37,785 bases of DNA, from the IMG/VR virus record IMGVR_UViG_3300036802_000114, positions 1 through 37,785 of that record. One strand, 5' to 3'. Of this stretch, positions 36,212 through 37,785 are shown in pieces; positions within the stretch are counted from its first letter, which is position 1; the number at the start of each line of letters is the position of its first letter. The stretch comes from a virus. Its lineage: Duplodnaviria; Caudoviricetes. Position numbers and translations under genes: made by a program. The notes below the pieces were generated by a model, which had not been told where the DNA came from, searched no databases, and saw only the letters and a list, made by a program, of their open reading frames with translations.

Positions 36212-37642
36212 ATGGGTACTATTAACTTTATCATGACAGTAGCCATTTATATCCGCGTTAGTACACAGGAACAAGCGAAGGAGGGTTATTCTATACCGGC
36301 GCAAAAAGAGCGCTTAATAGCCTACTGTGTGGCTCAAGGATGGACTAATTATAAGTTTTATATTGACGAAGGTGTTTCAGCAAAAGACACAAATCGCCCA
36401 GAACTAAATCGCTTGTTAGCTGATGCCCAATCAGGAAAGGTAAACGCCGTATTAGTCTATCGCCTTGACCGTTTTACACGACGAGTAAAAGACTTATATA
36501 ACTTATTGGATAATTTAAAGAAATATAACTGTGCTTTTATTTCCGCTACAGAGCAATATAATACCTCTAGCGCAATGGGAAAAATGTTTATGGGACTAGT
36601 TGCTTTGCTTGCCGAATGGGAAACTGAAAACTTATCTGAACGTGTCAAAATGGCGCTAGAAGAAAAAGTAGCTGGTGGAGAACGTGTTGGAGGGATCCCC
36701 TACGGATTTGACCTGTCGGAAGATGAAAAGCTAGTAAAAAATGAAAAAGCAACTGCAGTACTGGATATGATTAAAAAGCTTAAGTCAGGCATGTCTGTAA
36801 ACGCTATTGCAACCAATTTGAATAAAACAAACAGTGATAAGTCAGATTGGAAGGCGAACACTGTCTTTCGCATTTTAAAGAATCCTGCCCTGTACGGTGC
36901 CACCAGGTGGAACGATAAGGTTTATGAAAATACCCATGAAGGCTTACTCACAAAAGCTGAATTTGAAAAATTACAATTGATATTAGAAGATCGTGGACAA
37001 CATCGAAGAAGAGAAGTTGAAAGCACATACATTTTTCAAGGCGTTCTTTTCTGCCCTCTTTGTAATAATCTACTTTCCGTAAATCGACACGTGAGAAAAC
37101 GAAAAGATGGATCCGAATATCAAGGGGCGTGCTACAAATGCCAGGTGTGTTATAAGGAAGGGCGTAAAATGATTTCAATAGGAGAACACCGCTTTTTAGA
37201 AGCTTTAATGGGCTATATGAAGAATGTAGAGTTTAAGGATGTGCAACCCGTTGTAGAAAAAGAAAATGAGAGAGGAATTTTGGTGAAACAACTTCAAAAA
37301 ATAGAAAAAAAGCGAGAAAAGTATCAACGTGCCTGGGCATCCGATAAAATGACGGATAAAGAGTTCGATAAGTTAATGGACGAAACAAAATCTGCTTACG
37401 ATGAGTTAAAAAAGAAAATAGAGGTATTTAAAGCCCCCGTAAACGTAGACGTAAAAGAGCTTAAAAATATCGTTTTCACTTTTAATGAAAACTTTACCCA
37501 TTTAACCAAGGAAGAACAGCGTATGTTTATTTCTCAGTTTATTAGGAGAATTGAATTTGATCTAATTCCCCAGCCACCAAAAAATCACAGAAATAAGAAG
37601 GGCAAAGAGTTAGTGGTTATTAATGATGTGGCTTTTTATTAG
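36212..37642 (+). CDS. Large serine recombinase (integrase)
   Basis: YIRVSTQEQ, VYRLDRFTR, recombinase domain, CPLC/CQVC zinc ribbon, coiled coil; AAAGGAG RBS. Confidence 0.96.
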   Translation: MGTINFIMTVAIYIRVSTQEQAKEGYSIPAQKERLIAYCVAQGWTNYKFYIDEGVSAKDTNRPELNRLLADAQSGKVNAVLVYRLDRFTRRVKDLYNLLDNLKKYNCAFISATEQYNTSSAMGKMFMGLVALLAEWETENLSERVKMALEEKVAGGERVGGIPYGFDLSEDEKLVKNEKATAVLDMIKKLKSGMSVNAIATNLNKTNSDKSDWKANTVFRILKNPALYGATRWNDKVYENTHEGLLTKAEFEKLQLILEDRGQHRRREVESTYIFQGVLFCPLCNNLLSVNRHVRKRKDGSEYQGACYKCQVCYKEGRKMISIGEHRFLEALMGYMKNVEFKDVQPVVEKENERGILVKQLQKIEKKREKYQRAWASDKMTDKEFDKLMDETKSAYDELKKKIEVFKAPVNVDVKELKNIVFTFNENFTHLTKEEQRMFISQFIRRIEFDLIPQPPKNHRNKKGKELVVINDVAFY

Positions 37643-37663
37643 TATTTATATAACGCTACCAAC
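37642..37663. other. Right att junction: attP half-arm GTATTTATATAACGCTA plus core CCAAC
   Basis: Inverted repeat of 131-147; abuts the integrase stop codon. Confidence 0.9.
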
Positions 37664-37785
37664 TGGCAGTGGGAAAACGACCACATTATACTCGCTATTA
37701 AATGAAACCGCGCACCTATTTCATCGTAATGTCATTACACTTGAAGACCCCATCGAAAAAAACTATGATTCCGTTTTACAGGTAC
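37659..37785 (+). pseudogene. comGA: 3' fragment of comGA (runs off the window)
   Basis: PTGSGKTTTLYSLL...RNVITLEDPIE: Walker A and Asp box of PilB/ComGA ATPases. Confidence 0.93.

Larger units (their letters stand above)
123..37663. mobile_element. Complete integrated temperate prophage (siphovirus-type, HK97-like head, serine integrase)
   Basis: CCAAC at 123-127 and 37659-37663; removing the insert restores GPTGSGKT. Lysogeny, replication, packaging, head, tail and lysis modules are all present. Confidence 0.96.

Overview
The window is one complete, ~37.5 kb temperate siphovirus-type prophage of a Bacillaceae host, integrated into the Walker A codons of the competence ATPase gene comGA. 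The left fragment ends ...FTGPT and the right fragment resumes GSGKTTTLY..., with a CCAAC core at both ends. From the right end the modules run: large serine integrase; CI/Cro switch with five 16-bp operators; early and replication genes (antirepressor, initiator with iterons, truncated beta-clamp homolog, MazG-like, MmcB-like, PAPS-reductase-like); ArpU plus a small tyrosine recombinase; an AT-rich two-gene cargo; late promoter; HNH/cos/terminase; HK97-type head; tail; lysis; and + strand morons near the left att. Top hypotheses: (1) a competence-coupled excision switch, in which a promoterless small ORF just inside the left att would be read from the host comG promoter (candidate RDF); (2) a peptide/domain 'daisy-chain' architecture among three tail-tip proteins; (3) a nucleoid-associated-protein-like plus membrane-protein cassette (candidate antiphage system) behind a tyrosine recombinase with paired inverted sites. 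The tape-measure gene has two lesions (ATC at the start position and a 1-nt deletion), so the element may be non-infectious, or these may be sequence errors. All family calls come from motif recognition by eye; no searches were run.
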